From the IMG/VR virus record IMGVR_UViG_3300027896_000193, positions 1 through 26,084 of that record: a DNA stretch of 26,084 nt. One strand, given 5' to 3'. The DNA comes from a virus. Its lineage: Duplodnaviria > Caudoviricetes. Under the pieces are notes generated by a model. The model searched no databases, was not told the origin of the DNA, and saw nothing but the letters and a program-made list of their open reading frames with translations. A program made the translations under genes and the position numbers. Shown one piece after another: positions 9,333 to 18,481 of the stretch; within the stretch, counting starts at the first letter, position 1; every line of letters begins with the position of its first letter.

Positions 9333-9377
9333 AAAGATCCTTTTTTTCTTATCCTACCAGTAAACAGAATTTTTTAT

Positions 9378-9845
9378 CTAGTTCTTGAAATACTCTAACA
9401 CCAAAGTCCCTGACGCTATACCTGAAGTTGCTGCCCCTAAATCAATCATGATATTCACTAAATCTACCCTGACTGATACATAGTCATTGGCAGCTAATCC
9501 AACGTATGGAAGTGGACGAAAATCAGGAACTGCCGAAACAAAGCTCCCACCTATGTATGTAACCCCAGTCAAAGGAACAATATTGTGAGCAAACGCAATA
9601 GCTGCTCCTGGAGGGGTTGCTAAGAGCTCAAAACACTTTCTATAGGTAAATCGAGGCTGTAAGGGGTTGACGACATTGTAATACTGCTGCCCTGTCAATG
9701 TCTCAGTCAGCTGATATTGAGCAATCTCTTTAAAATTAACTGCATTAGCTACATCCGTATATGTCTGAGTTAAAATCTGTCTTAGCTGTTTGGGATCTTC
9801 AACAGGAATGTTTCTATATGTATCAAGAAGTGGCGAAACAGTCAT
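9378..9845 (-). CDS. Tail-associated structural protein, 155 aa
   Basis: ATGA overlap with the upstream hub gene; N-terminal helix followed by a beta domain. Confidence 0.55.
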   Translation of the reverse strand: MTVSPLLDTYRNIPVEDPKQLRQILTQTYTDVANAVNFKEIAQYQLTETLTGQQYYNVVNPLQPRFTYRKCFELLATPPGAAIAFAHNIVPLTGVTYIGGSFVSAVPDFRPLPYVGLAANDYVSVRVDLVNIMIDLGAATSGIASGTLVLEYFKN

Positions 9846-12220
9846 TCTGTCATCCTAGCTGTTGGAGATAGATATAAGGTCATCGCATGCATTACAAAAT
9901 CTTCTGTGGCTACATCATATTGGGACATTTGATCCTCGTTCATGGTCAAAGTTAATTGAAAATTTTCTGCAATTGATTGAGAGAAAAATCTATGCCATAT
10001 TTTAGCTTGATTTCCTTCATAAGGTATTAACTGTAAGTTTTCAGGTCTAGTTAAAATGACGTTTGTTCCTAAAAGCCCGGCTTGAGTAATCGGGTCGTTT
10101 ACTGGATTTGGGTTTTCATTCACGTACAAATCACAAGAACATTCCCCAAAAACCGTTCTGTTAAAAAGAAAGTCTATATATCCAAGTCTTCCTTGCTTCC
10201 CTTCTTCATAAAATGGCGCAAAAACCTTAGTAGAAATATTAAAGTTTTGTATAACAGTTAACGTTCCTCCTCCTAAATAGCCTTCTCCTGGATACAAAGT
10301 AAGGGTAAATGGGGTAAACACTTGGTTCGCTATACTCCATGTGGCTAAAATGATGGTGTTTGGGTTTCCTGTATTCACTACAAAATATATATTTGGAGTA
10401 ATATTAAAATTAAGCTCGTCAATCCCAATTATCCCATCAAGCCGTACCCAATACCTGCTCAAAGCACTAAAATTATGATTTGGGACAGTCAAAATCATAG
10501 GATTACCAGCAGTAATAGCGGTAATAGCTAAAGAAGGTGCGTTTGTAACTAAAGGAGCAGCTATTGAAGCTTGGACTGAAGCTTGATTTAGTGCGACAAC
10601 AAATCCTTGCTGATTTCCTGCAACAAGACGATATGTGTATGCAGTGACTAATCCAGGGATATCAAGCCTTCCATAGCATGTAAAAGAGTCGGAAAACTTA
10701 GCAAATGATTCGTTTCTGTAATTGTAAACTAAAACTTGGTTATTAAATATTGCAGCATTTAATGGGTCCCAGTTTGCTACATCTGTATATGACCAATAAA
10801 CAAGCTCATTAACAAAATCTCTAATCCCATGTGGTCTTTCTAAACTAGGATAAATTTTGAAAACATAGTCTGGTATTTTAATATCAATTCTTTCTAGCTC
10901 AGAAGAATCATCTTCAGTTATACCTAAATTCGAAATTGAAAGTACTTCCTCGTCAAAAGGAACCATGCTAAATGTACTTATCGACCCCATAGAAGTGTCA
11001 ATCTTCTGAAATATAAATGGTATAATTTGGTTTCCTGTATACACTAATTTCCAGCTAGAATTTACAAACTTTACTAGGATAACGTCTTTCAAATATTCGA
11101 CAGAGACTATGGCTTCGTTAATCGGAGCGTCTAAAAATCCGCCAGCACCAGGAGTTGAAAGCCAGCCATTGACCTGGTCAAAAGGAACACCTACCCAAGA
11201 CCATCTAACTCGATTGTAGTAATTAGTAAGAACAGCGCCAACGGTGACTTCCCATGTGTTAAAGACTAAAAGTCTACCCTTAAAAGGAAGAATACATTGT
11301 GCTTGAGCCAGTATAGTTCCGGCCCCATCAACTACAGGAATAAAATCAGTCCACGAAGCCGAGTCGTAATATCGAATTGGTTCTCTTGGAACATAAACTC
11401 CCCCTGCAATAGCGCCAACATTGTTATTTGTCGCCCAGAATAAATTTCCATTGCCATTTGTTGCATAATTTATTGTCCAGAATAACTGTGAATCACTGCC
11501 AGTCCAAGTCACAGGAGGAACGCTTACCAGCTCAATAAATCCTTGTGTTGCAGGATCGTATTCATAGGCATATTTCTGGTCAAAAGCAATTGTCTTTTTA
11601 ATATTTTGCAAGGGTAGCTCATAAGTCCGAAGGCCCATGCAAGGAAGAGCGGGAAAATAATAAAATGAAGCGACTACAGGAGTAGCATTAGCAGGAGTGA
11701 CGGCAAAGTTTAGGGTTACCTCTCCCGTAGCATAATTTATTGATCCAGCATTAATTATATATGGTCCTGAAAGACACTCAAGGACACCAGGATGAACAAC
11801 ACCAGCTCCATCACTGTCAGAATAAACAGTATTGTCAGCACCAGAACCGATGGTAATAGTTAATGTCGTAAGCACAACAGGAGGGGCTGGAGGAGCTACA
11901 ATACTTGTGCTTGGTTCAATTTCAGCATAAGTTTCTGATATTATAGGTGGAATACATACTCTAATGTTTATAGCTCCAGTAAACAGAATGTCTGCATTTG
12001 AATAATTGCCTCCATCTGTAGGGAGGAGGTCGAAATTCTGTAGCTGAGCTCGAAGTCTGCCGATTTTTTTTGTCCCAAATCGTCGTCTAACTCGTCCTCT
12101 CCAGCAAAAGGCATCTTGAAGAACAGGAAAGGCCTTTTCAGGAAGAAGAAAATTTTCGAAGTAGTTATCTTGTCCTGAATCCTGCTCATAATTCGTGATG
12201 TAGAAGGGCTCATATCCCAT
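9842..12220 (-). CDS. Tail hub/nozzle (P22 gp10 / T7 gp12-like stabilisation protein), 792 aa
   Basis: Size, beta-propeller-like content (FKGRLLVFNT...NRVRWS), N-terminal GRVRRRFG motif, position after the adaptor. Confidence 0.65.
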   Translation of the reverse strand: MGYEPFYITNYEQDSGQDNYFENFLLPEKAFPVLQDAFCWRGRVRRRFGTKKIGRLRAQLQNFDLLPTDGGNYSNADILFTGAINIRVCIPPIISETYAEIEPSTSIVAPPAPPVVLTTLTITIGSGADNTVYSDSDGAGVVHPGVLECLSGPYIINAGSINYATGEVTLNFAVTPANATPVVASFYYFPALPCMGLRTYELPLQNIKKTIAFDQKYAYEYDPATQGFIELVSVPPVTWTGSDSQLFWTINYATNGNGNLFWATNNNVGAIAGGVYVPREPIRYYDSASWTDFIPVVDGAGTILAQAQCILPFKGRLLVFNTWEVTVGAVLTNYYNRVRWSWVGVPFDQVNGWLSTPGAGGFLDAPINEAIVSVEYLKDVILVKFVNSSWKLVYTGNQIIPFIFQKIDTSMGSISTFSMVPFDEEVLSISNLGITEDDSSELERIDIKIPDYVFKIYPSLERPHGIRDFVNELVYWSYTDVANWDPLNAAIFNNQVLVYNYRNESFAKFSDSFTCYGRLDIPGLVTAYTYRLVAGNQQGFVVALNQASVQASIAAPLVTNAPSLAITAITAGNPMILTVPNHNFSALSRYWVRLDGIIGIDELNFNITPNIYFVVNTGNPNTIILATWSIANQVFTPFTLTLYPGEGYLGGGTLTVIQNFNISTKVFAPFYEEGKQGRLGYIDFLFNRTVFGECSCDLYVNENPNPVNDPITQAGLLGTNVILTRPENLQLIPYEGNQAKIWHRFFSQSIAENFQLTLTMNEDQMSQYDVATEDFVMHAMTLYLSPTARMTE

Positions 12221-12305
12221 AGAAAAGCCTATTGCCTCAAAGTTCTGTTCTGGAAACCACTATAACCGCTATGAAGATTCAATGAAATAATTGAAGCAAG
12301 ATGTG

Positions 12306-12333
12306 TTGCAAAAAAACAAGATAACTTTATAAA
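12306..12333 (+). promoter_or_regulatory. Putative promoter of sRNA-1
   Basis: TTGCAA-N16-TATAAA with an A-rich spacer. Confidence 0.5.
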
Positions 12334-12339
12334 TTAACA

Positions 12340-12407
12340 GGAAAGCCTCGATATACCTCCTTTTAATAGAGGCTTTAGAGGGGTTTGTCCTGATGGCCCC
12401 TCTTTTT
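12340..12407 (+). ncRNA. Candidate small RNA-1 with anti-Shine-Dalgarno loop
   Basis: Stem AAAGCCTC/GAGGCTTT around the loop GATATACCTCCTTTTAATA, then terminator AGAGGGG/CCCCTCT plus a T-run; no ORF. Confidence 0.6.
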
Positions 12408-12420
12408 ATCCTAAAATCCG

Positions 12421-13479
12421 CTAAAATAAATTCCCAAACGGATATTGAGGGAAAGCTGTTTGCTCTGTATAAATTGTAGCAGTTCGCTCAGCCGTCTGCT
12501 GAACTATAGTCCTTCGTTGCAATAGTCTTAGCTGTTCCTCAAGAAGTGGGTGAAATTTAGCCAAATTCTCTATATCTCCATTGTCAGCAAAGATTTTCTC
12601 AGCCGCACCATATGCCAAAAGTTGCCACATTTCATTGAGTTGGGGTTGTGCTCCATCATCAAGTAGTTGACTAGGATATTTATATGCTTCAAACGACACT
12701 GTATATGCCCGATCTGGCACAGGATAAAGAATAATTTGATCCTGATAAAACAACGCTGACTGAGGCCTAGAGGCTACATAAGGAATATATTGGGCATTAA
12801 TTGGAGTACCAACAGGAATAGCAGTAAGAAAGTTACCAATCACCACCTGACCTGTAATGTAGTCGATCGATCCTCTAGCGACTGCTGATGCTGTACTAAC
12901 GTCATTAGGGTCAAATAAAAGACCTAATCCTGCAGGATTCGTTCCTCCTCCATCATCAACAAGGGAAGAAGACCTTCCAAATGCATCTGTTGAACTTATC
13001 AAGACATTCCAATTGATAAGAGCCGCAAATATATCAGCTACGTCTGAGCTTGAGTAAGCTCCAGGAGGATTCGGCTTAAACCCTGGCATTATAGGAGTCT
13101 TGGATAACTGAGCGTTATACGGGCCAACAGTTCCATTTCCTGTAGCGATTGACTTCTGGAAAAAGTTTAGTCCTGGATTAATTCTGAAGAAGTTTTCCCT
13201 ACTTTGAGTCATGTAACTTTGATATCCTGCAATATATACTGGAGGCATCGCCGTCAAAAATGCTTCAACAGGAAAGTCATAGACGGGAAGATTGGCACTA
13301 GTAACAAATTGATAGTTATATCTAAAAGATTCTATTCTTAATTGTTCATTTAAATCATACATATAATAAGTATTTATATACTCATTAATCTGTGCATCTG
13401 TAATTTGAGTAGAATTCGGCCTTCCTGTAATTCTTCTTACCTTATTTCTGATGGCAACTAAAGTGTTTGGTGCTGTCAT
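12421..13479 (-). CDS. Head-tail adaptor (P22 gp4 / T7 gp11-like) with inserted beta domain, 352 aa
   Basis: N-terminal TLVAIRNKVRR...INEYIN helices, IILYPVPDRAYTV motif and C-terminal LLAYGAA helix typical of podophage adaptors; synteny. Confidence 0.65.
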   Translation of the reverse strand: MTAPNTLVAIRNKVRRITGRPNSTQITDAQINEYINTYYMYDLNEQLRIESFRYNYQFVTSANLPVYDFPVEAFLTAMPPVYIAGYQSYMTQSRENFFRINPGLNFFQKSIATGNGTVGPYNAQLSKTPIMPGFKPNPPGAYSSSDVADIFAALINWNVLISSTDAFGRSSSLVDDGGGTNPAGLGLLFDPNDVSTASAVARGSIDYITGQVVIGNFLTAIPVGTPINAQYIPYVASRPQSALFYQDQIILYPVPDRAYTVSFEAYKYPSQLLDDGAQPQLNEMWQLLAYGAAEKIFADNGDIENLAKFHPLLEEQLRLLQRRTIVQQTAERTATIYTEQTAFPQYPFGNLF

Positions 13480-13481
13480 AT

Positions 13482-13919
13482 TTATTGATTTGGTTGAGCG
13501 ATTATTGAAATTGTTCCCACAGTCTCAGGAAGAATATTGCCTGAATTAGCTGTAGCACTGTTCAAGGTAAGAGTAGACTCTGCAATAGGAATTACTTGGC
13601 CTAGGAAAGCCTCGTCCTGTGGATTGACAACTGCTCTATATGGATCAAAACTAGAAGAAACCACAGCAAGTGAGAATGCTGTTGGAGACAATACTGTAAT
13701 AGGTCCGACAAAACCATCAAGTTGGGACATTCCTCTGGGCGCATTATTAGAACTAAGTGGTACCAGGGGTGAAGGAGGTGCAGTAAATGGTATCACAATC
13801 CTAACGACGAGCCCATTAAAATATCCATGAGGCTGAGTTGTCACGATAAACGTTCTGGCGACTCCACCTATAGCTCGAATTGTCTTTTGACTTGGCAAAA
13901 AATAATTAGGTGCAGTCAT
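13482..13919 (-). CDS. Virion protein with an E1-FCCH-like beta domain, 145 aa
   Basis: TTQPHGYFNGLVVRIVIP...GMSQLDG aligns by eye with the repeat in 14696..15703. Confidence 0.55.
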   Translation of the reverse strand: MTAPNYFLPSQKTIRAIGGVARTFIVTTQPHGYFNGLVVRIVIPFTAPPSPLVPLSSNNAPRGMSQLDGFVGPITVLSPTAFSLAVVSSSFDPYRAVVNPQDEAFLGQVIPIAESTLTLNSATANSGNILPETVGTISIIAQPNQ

Positions 13920-13928
13920 AGAAAAACC

Positions 13929-14504
13929 TCAGGCCGACATATCAAATTCCAGACTTTCAAAACCAAATCTACGATTCCACTTCGTAACACCGATAATAGG
14001 AACAGGAATTCCCGAGTTATCACCATCACATTTTGGCATAGGTTGTCCAGGATCCCATTTAAACCCGTGTGTGGGCCATGCACAGCTATGAACTTTTCCA
14101 TCAATTGCTTGAGCCGTGATGTCCACTCCATTCAGATGTCTCGCTACATAAAGAGGAACTTCATAATTTTCATTGTCAACCATCACTTTATCAAACGGAG
14201 GAATTCCTGGGTACTTTCTAATTTGAACTCTAAGCGATCCTCCTGGAGTTTCGTAGTTTCTAAACCTTCCCTTCACCTTTTTTGTTTCTTGAGCGATTAG
14301 CTTCTTTAATTTTTCCTTGCTTTTCTCTTTATCAGTTGATGGAGTCAACCGAATAATCTCTACAGCGTTATTTTTTTCTTCTTTGGCCTCAAAATTGCCG
14401 CTAGTTGACATTTCTTCTTTATCAAGTACATCTATGTTCTCTATTTTGCTTGACTCAGTAGAGACAGATTCTTCCCCGTCTACGTTTTTTCTAGGACGAC
14501 CCAT
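13929..14504 (-). CDS. Phage protein, 191 aa (GRPRK N-terminus)
   Basis: Better start is MGRPRK at 14504 with a GAGGTG RBS. Confidence 0.65.
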   Translation of the reverse strand: MGRPRKNVDGEESVSTESSKIENIDVLDKEEMSTSGNFEAKEEKNNAVEIIRLTPSTDKEKSKEKLKKLIAQETKKVKGRFRNYETPGGSLRVQIRKYPGIPPFDKVMVDNENYEVPLYVARHLNGVDITAQAIDGKVHSCAWPTHGFKWDPGQPMPKCDGDNSGIPVPIIGVTKWNRRFGFESLEFDMSA

Positions 14505-14617
14505 TGCACACCTCGTGTTATATGTACATTTGCAATATTTCAAATTGAACATATAAGTGGAAGCAAAATTTTATCTTGTGAACTTAATGAGAAAATTTCT
14601 CTTTAGACAAATCAGAC

Positions 14618-14652
14618 AAAAAAAGGGCTTTCCCCCGGTCAGGGGAAAGCCC
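14618..14652 (-). terminator. Intrinsic terminator after the capsid genes
   Basis: Perfect 11-bp stem GGGCTTTCCCC/GGGGAAAGCCC followed by T7 on the minus strand. Confidence 0.85.
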
Positions 14653-14695
14653 AAAGGCAGAAGTTTCCTTTTTTAAGGGAAATATCCACTCACGA

Positions 14696-15703
14696 CTAGA
14701 TAGTTAATCCTTTCTTAGCAATCCAAGAATAGGTTTTCGCAGCTAAAATAACTGGAGCAGTAATTACAACCCCATTGATCGATGAATTTCTAGTAGCATC
14801 ATCAAGGAGATTTGCATAAGGAACAGTAGCAGCTTCTCCAACTGGAACAACCTGCGCAAAACTTACCCCTGTTGCGGCTGCCGCTGAAAGAGGAAATGCA
14901 AACGCAGTGAAAGCAGAAGCATCAATATCAACTGTAATAGAGTTTACTGTTGCACTATGAGCTACAGCTGTAATTGTGGCCAGCAATCCATTCATTTGAG
15001 TCATTCCAAAGTCAGTAGGAACTATGATCCTTACTTTTTCACCTACTTGGAAGCTATGTGCCACAGACATGGTGATTACAGCAGGATTAGTTGCTGTAAT
15101 TCCTGTAATGTAACGTGTTCTTGGATAAAACCGAGGAGATGAAGCCACGCCAGGGGTAACAACTGAATTCCCTTGATATGGAAGCTTTCGATAAAAACCA
15201 GCTGCTGCGGGAGCCACAAACCCAGAGGCATCCAAATACCCAAGCGTTTGAGAGACGCCAGCATTAATAGCAGTTACCGAAAAGTCCATCCCGCCAATTT
15301 GAAGCATATTAGTTGTTCCATACACTCGAACAACATCACCAATAGTGCCCGTAGTTGCAGAAAGAGCAAGGGGATGGTTAATTTGGTTAATCCCAGTAAT
15401 AGCTATAGCATAGCCTGGAACTTGACCGGCTGTGTCAGAAACAAATGTAAAACCAGCTGTTAGCAACACTGTCTCAGTAAGTACGTTAGGATTCGCCCCA
15501 CTACCAGTAGATACCCTAGCAGTATTTGGAGTAGAAGAAGCCCGTCCGCTTGCCTCGATAATTGATGCCGCATGAGCAGTATAGTCTGTCTCATTTCGAA
15601 TAGTAATTTCTGTTGCTCCAGATGGCAAAGAAATGGTCACAGGTGAAGGGCCTGCGTCCGTTGTGAAGCTGCCAGTTAAGACAGCGTTAATAGGCGAAGA
15701 CAT
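14696..15703 (-). CDS. Capsid decoration/fibre protein with two E1-FCCH-like domains, 335 aa
   Basis: Directly after the MCP; AITGINQ...GDVVRV and YITGITATNPAVITMSVAHSFQVGEKVRI...GMTQMNG repeats. Confidence 0.65.
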   Translation of the reverse strand: MSSPINAVLTGSFTTDAGPSPVTISLPSGATEITIRNETDYTAHAASIIEASGRASSTPNTARVSTGSGANPNVLTETVLLTAGFTFVSDTAGQVPGYAIAITGINQINHPLALSATTGTIGDVVRVYGTTNMLQIGGMDFSVTAINAGVSQTLGYLDASGFVAPAAAGFYRKLPYQGNSVVTPGVASSPRFYPRTRYITGITATNPAVITMSVAHSFQVGEKVRIIVPTDFGMTQMNGLLATITAVAHSATVNSITVDIDASAFTAFAFPLSAAAATGVSFAQVVPVGEAATVPYANLLDDATRNSSINGVVITAPVILAAKTYSWIAKKGLTI

Positions 15704-15715
15704 GTTTTTTTCTCC

Positions 15716-16663
15716 CTATGCCAAAGTACATCGTAAGTTTAGGAGCCATTGGTCGTTGATAATTCTATATACATCAGCGAACTTGTACCCAACGCTAGCA
15801 TTTAGAGCGAGAGGGCCATCATAAATCGGTGGTCTGTAGATAAATTGTGAAGAGTATCCATCTTGCTCAATTGCCGCAAAACTTTCACGACCTACACAGA
15901 AGATGTTATAGACATCTTGCCCGTTCATTGAGGCATTTGGAAGAACACTACCAATGCTAGACAGTAAAAATCTAATGTTGGCAACTGTTCCCCATTCTGC
16001 GTCAAGGGTAGACTGCTGATTTGGGTAATTCCATTTTTGAATAAATCCATTAACAGCATCTAATTGACCTATGAGGTTGGTGTGCCCAAGTCCAAAATAC
16101 GCATCACGAACAGGAGCAGTCCCAAACTTATTATCACCCTCAATTCCTGTGATGAATGAATAAGCATTGTTTCCTCTTAAAGTTCTAACAACATAATCAA
16201 CGTCAGCTCTAGTAATCTCAGTTGGGTTATCCCCATCTGCACCACCGACACAGTTTACGAAGGCCGCTGTTGCTGAGAGCATGTCTCTCATCAACTGATC
16301 TTCTGTTTGTCTTAGTGATACACCAAGTCTTTGAGCCGCCTCATTCAAAACAGGATCTTGGTTTTGCAATGTAACTTGCTCGTTTAAAAGAATATACGTT
16401 CCGTAAAAATCCATCCTTGCATCAATGTTTAACGCTGTCAGCGTCTGAGGAGCAGGAGTAATACCAGCATTCCCAAGAGGCACTGGAGCTGTAGCCAAAG
16501 GATTATATCTACGAAATCTTAAAGTTGTTCCACCATTCCTTGGCATAGATTTTAGCTCTGCAGGAATCTTGTGGATCATATAGGGCACAGGCACGCTCAG
16601 TAGTTTAAAACTAAAACTTTGCTGAACTGGTGCTGGCAAAACTGTTGTAGTCGTCACACCCAT
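15716..16663 (-). CDS. Major capsid protein, N4-gp56-like family (HK97 fold), 315 aa
   Basis: MPRNGGTTLRFRRYNPL, YGTYILLNEQV, EWGTVANIRFL, DGPLALNASVGYKF motifs; follows the scaffold. Confidence 0.85.
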   Translation of the reverse strand: MGVTTTTVLPAPVQQSFSFKLLSVPVPYMIHKIPAELKSMPRNGGTTLRFRRYNPLATAPVPLGNAGITPAPQTLTALNIDARMDFYGTYILLNEQVTLQNQDPVLNEAAQRLGVSLRQTEDQLMRDMLSATAAFVNCVGGADGDNPTEITRADVDYVVRTLRGNNAYSFITGIEGDNKFGTAPVRDAYFGLGHTNLIGQLDAVNGFIQKWNYPNQQSTLDAEWGTVANIRFLLSSIGSVLPNASMNGQDVYNIFCVGRESFAAIEQDGYSSQFIYRPPIYDGPLALNASVGYKFADVYRIINDQWLLNLRCTLA

Positions 16664-16695
16664 AAATATTTTGAAATCCTAAAATGGACCAAAAC

Positions 16696-17376
16696 TTACG
16701 CTGACTTAATTGACTCTTGCATTTCCTTCCAAAGTTGTTTTCGCAATTCAGGGGTAAGCCCGCTTTGAAACTTATTTGCTTCAGCTATAGCTGAACTTTT
16801 AGTCACCGACTGGACAGAAACAGGCTTTCTAGAGTTTTCTATAGCTTTTGCCTTTTGAGGCTGTTTTGAAGCCATGTCTACTACTCCTGTTCTCTTAAGT
16901 AATTTGTATGCAGCTACTGCCTGAGCATATGGATCGTGGGAAAGAGCCTTTAAAGACAACGCAAGTTCTGGATCTTGTTGTTGTAAAAGGTCTACGTTTT
17001 CCTTTGTTATCACCGTGTCAAAATCAGGGAATCGAAGTCTAAGTCTTTCATCTAAGGTAGATGCTTCCTGTCTCCTAAGGGCTTCTCTTACTTGTTTTGC
17101 TGTGACGATTTCTTCGTCATCCAAGTTTGAAAAGTCTTTATCATCAGAGAACTGGCCGTTTGACTTTAGGCCTCTAATTTCGTTTTCCTGTTCTTGAGTA
17201 CGGCGTTCTAACTCAGAAATTTTCCTGCGGGCTTCTGACCAATTAAACTCCTTGTCACTCATGACCTGACTTGGATTTTGCTTAGTCTCTTCCTGCTGGT
17301 CGTCTTGTTCTTCTACTGATTCCGATGGCTGAGCGACTGCCTCTATCACGCCCTCTGGGTTTTCTTCTTCAGTCAT
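16696..17376 (-). CDS. Probable scaffolding protein, 226 aa
   Basis: Acidic N-terminus, coiled coil, immediately upstream of the MCP. Confidence 0.6.
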   Translation of the reverse strand: MTEEENPEGVIEAVAQPSESVEEQDDQQEETKQNPSQVMSDKEFNWSEARRKISELERRTQEQENEIRGLKSNGQFSDDKDFSNLDDEEIVTAKQVREALRRQEASTLDERLRLRFPDFDTVITKENVDLLQQQDPELALSLKALSHDPYAQAVAAYKLLKRTGVVDMASKQPQKAKAIENSRKPVSVQSVTKSSAIAEANKFQSGLTPELRKQLWKEMQESIKSA

Positions 17377-17473
17377 TTAAACATTCCTTGGCTTGCGATG
17401 GCCCTTACGCTATTTTTTTTTTGAAGAGTAGACATTAACGCTGTCAACGAGATTTTTCTCTTCAACTATCTTT

Positions 17474-17502
17474 TATGTAATCTATCAAAGGTTTTTTGTC
17501 AA
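17474..17502 (-). promoter_or_regulatory. Putative promoter of the scaffold-capsid operon
   Basis: TTGACA-N17-TACATA, followed by a ~90-nt leader. Confidence 0.4.
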
Positions 17503-17603
17503 ATAGTTAACAAAAAAAGTTTAGAAAAGCACAAATTTTAGGCATGAGAAAAAAAACATACACAAGAATTTGAAGTTCTCTGTGCACGTCAGAGAGAAAA
17601 AGA

Positions 17604-18125
17604 CTAGGCTGACTCGACTAGGATTCTGTCAAACGAATAATTGTCTCTGTCTAAATTCTTTGAGAAACACTCTTCAATCCACTTGACAAGCTGACGATCA
17701 TATAAATGAGGGGATTTTGCTATAGAAATACAGTCACCGTAGCTTGGTAAGCACCATACTACTGAAATGTTTCCCTTTTTAGAGTCGACAATATATAGTG
17801 TTTTTGTGTAATTAGAATACTCTTCCATCATAGTAAATGCATGAGGTGGCGTTTGCCTAGCAATAAACCAATTCCTAACCACGTTGTCGGTCCAGTATTC
17901 TTTTTTGGTCAAGACGAAAATATAAAATGGGCTCTTGTATTTAGTTTGGTTGTTCTCAATACATTCCTCTATTTGCTTTGCAAAATCGGGGCCGATTGAG
18001 TCTAAAGTGTCTCCAACGGTCTGCATTTCCTGGTGTTTAGAAAGGATGTCAAAGACGGCCTGTCCAACTCGTTGACCTTTTACTCCAAATCGACTATAGT
18101 TATACTTGTCTGACTCTTCTGGCAT
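17604..18125 (-). CDS. Hypothetical phage protein, 173 aa
   Basis: ORF with AGGGTG RBS in the head module; no recognised motif. Confidence 0.7.
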   Translation of the reverse strand: MPEESDKYNYSRFGVKGQRVGQAVFDILSKHQEMQTVGDTLDSIGPDFAKQIEECIENNQTKYKSPFYIFVLTKKEYWTDNVVRNWFIARQTPPHAFTMMEEYSNYTKTLYIVDSKKGNISVVWCLPSYGDCISIAKSPHLYDRQLVKWIEECFSKNLDRDNYSFDRILVESA

Positions 18126-18144
18126 ATTTCACCCTAAAGAATGG

Positions 18145-18294
18145 TTAAGAACTCTTTTTTTTATTTTTTAAGGCCTCAATAACCATAAAAAGACTTTTCT
18201 TTTTCCCTCTTCCTTTTGGGATAGTACCCTTCTTTACAGATATCTTTTTAAGTATAGGTATCCTATTAAAAGACTTCATCATTTCTTTAGTCAC
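18145..18294 (-). CDS. Small very basic protein, 49 aa (not in the ORF track)
   Basis: GTG start 1 nt after the previous stop, AAGGGG RBS; MTKEMMKSFNRIPILKKISVKKGTIPKGRGKKKSLFMVIEALKNKKKSS. Confidence 0.5.
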   Translation of the reverse strand: MTKEMMKSFNRIPILKKISVKKGTIPKGRGKKKSLFMVIEALKNKKKSS

Positions 18295-18295
18295 T

Positions 18296-18475
18296 TTAGC
18301 ACCCCTTCTTACTCTTTCTCATCGACCTAATAAGCCCCTTATCTTCTCTAATCATTTTCTTCTCTTCTTTGATGTCTTTTTGAAGATGACTAGTTACCTT
18401 CTTTCCTGGGATAGCCTTCTTAAGCATTTTGCTGAACAACTTCTTGTCTTCAGCTGCATCGTCGTGTCCTTTCAT
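18296..18475 (-). CDS. Small Lys-rich protein, 59 aa (not in the ORF track)
   Basis: GAGGGG RBS; MKGHDDAAEDKKLFSKMLKKAIPGKKVTSHLQKDIKEEKKMIREDKGLIRSMRKSKKGC. Confidence 0.65.
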   Translation of the reverse strand: MKGHDDAAEDKKLFSKMLKKAIPGKKVTSHLQKDIKEEKKMIREDKGLIRSMRKSKKGC

Positions 18476-18481
18476 GTCCCC

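Noticed and set aside
12411-12432. Adaptor gene end TTT TAG CGG ATT TTA G would read F-S-G-F-stop with one T fewer
   Set aside because: Possibly a 1-nt indel or sequencing error affecting three residues; it cannot be judged without homologues or reads.
231-15824. Many short alternate-frame or + strand ORFs in the track (e.g. 476..724, 923..1258, 3619..3927, 6078..6323, 8326..8571, 13537..13830, 15173..15463)
   Set aside because: They are shadows of longer coherent minus-strand genes and lack their own RBS or promoter context.
16429-17446. 12-mer TTAACGCTGTCA shared by the MCP gene and the scaffold leader
   Set aside because: Several 12-mer repeats are expected by chance in 26 kb, and one copy is in coding sequence.
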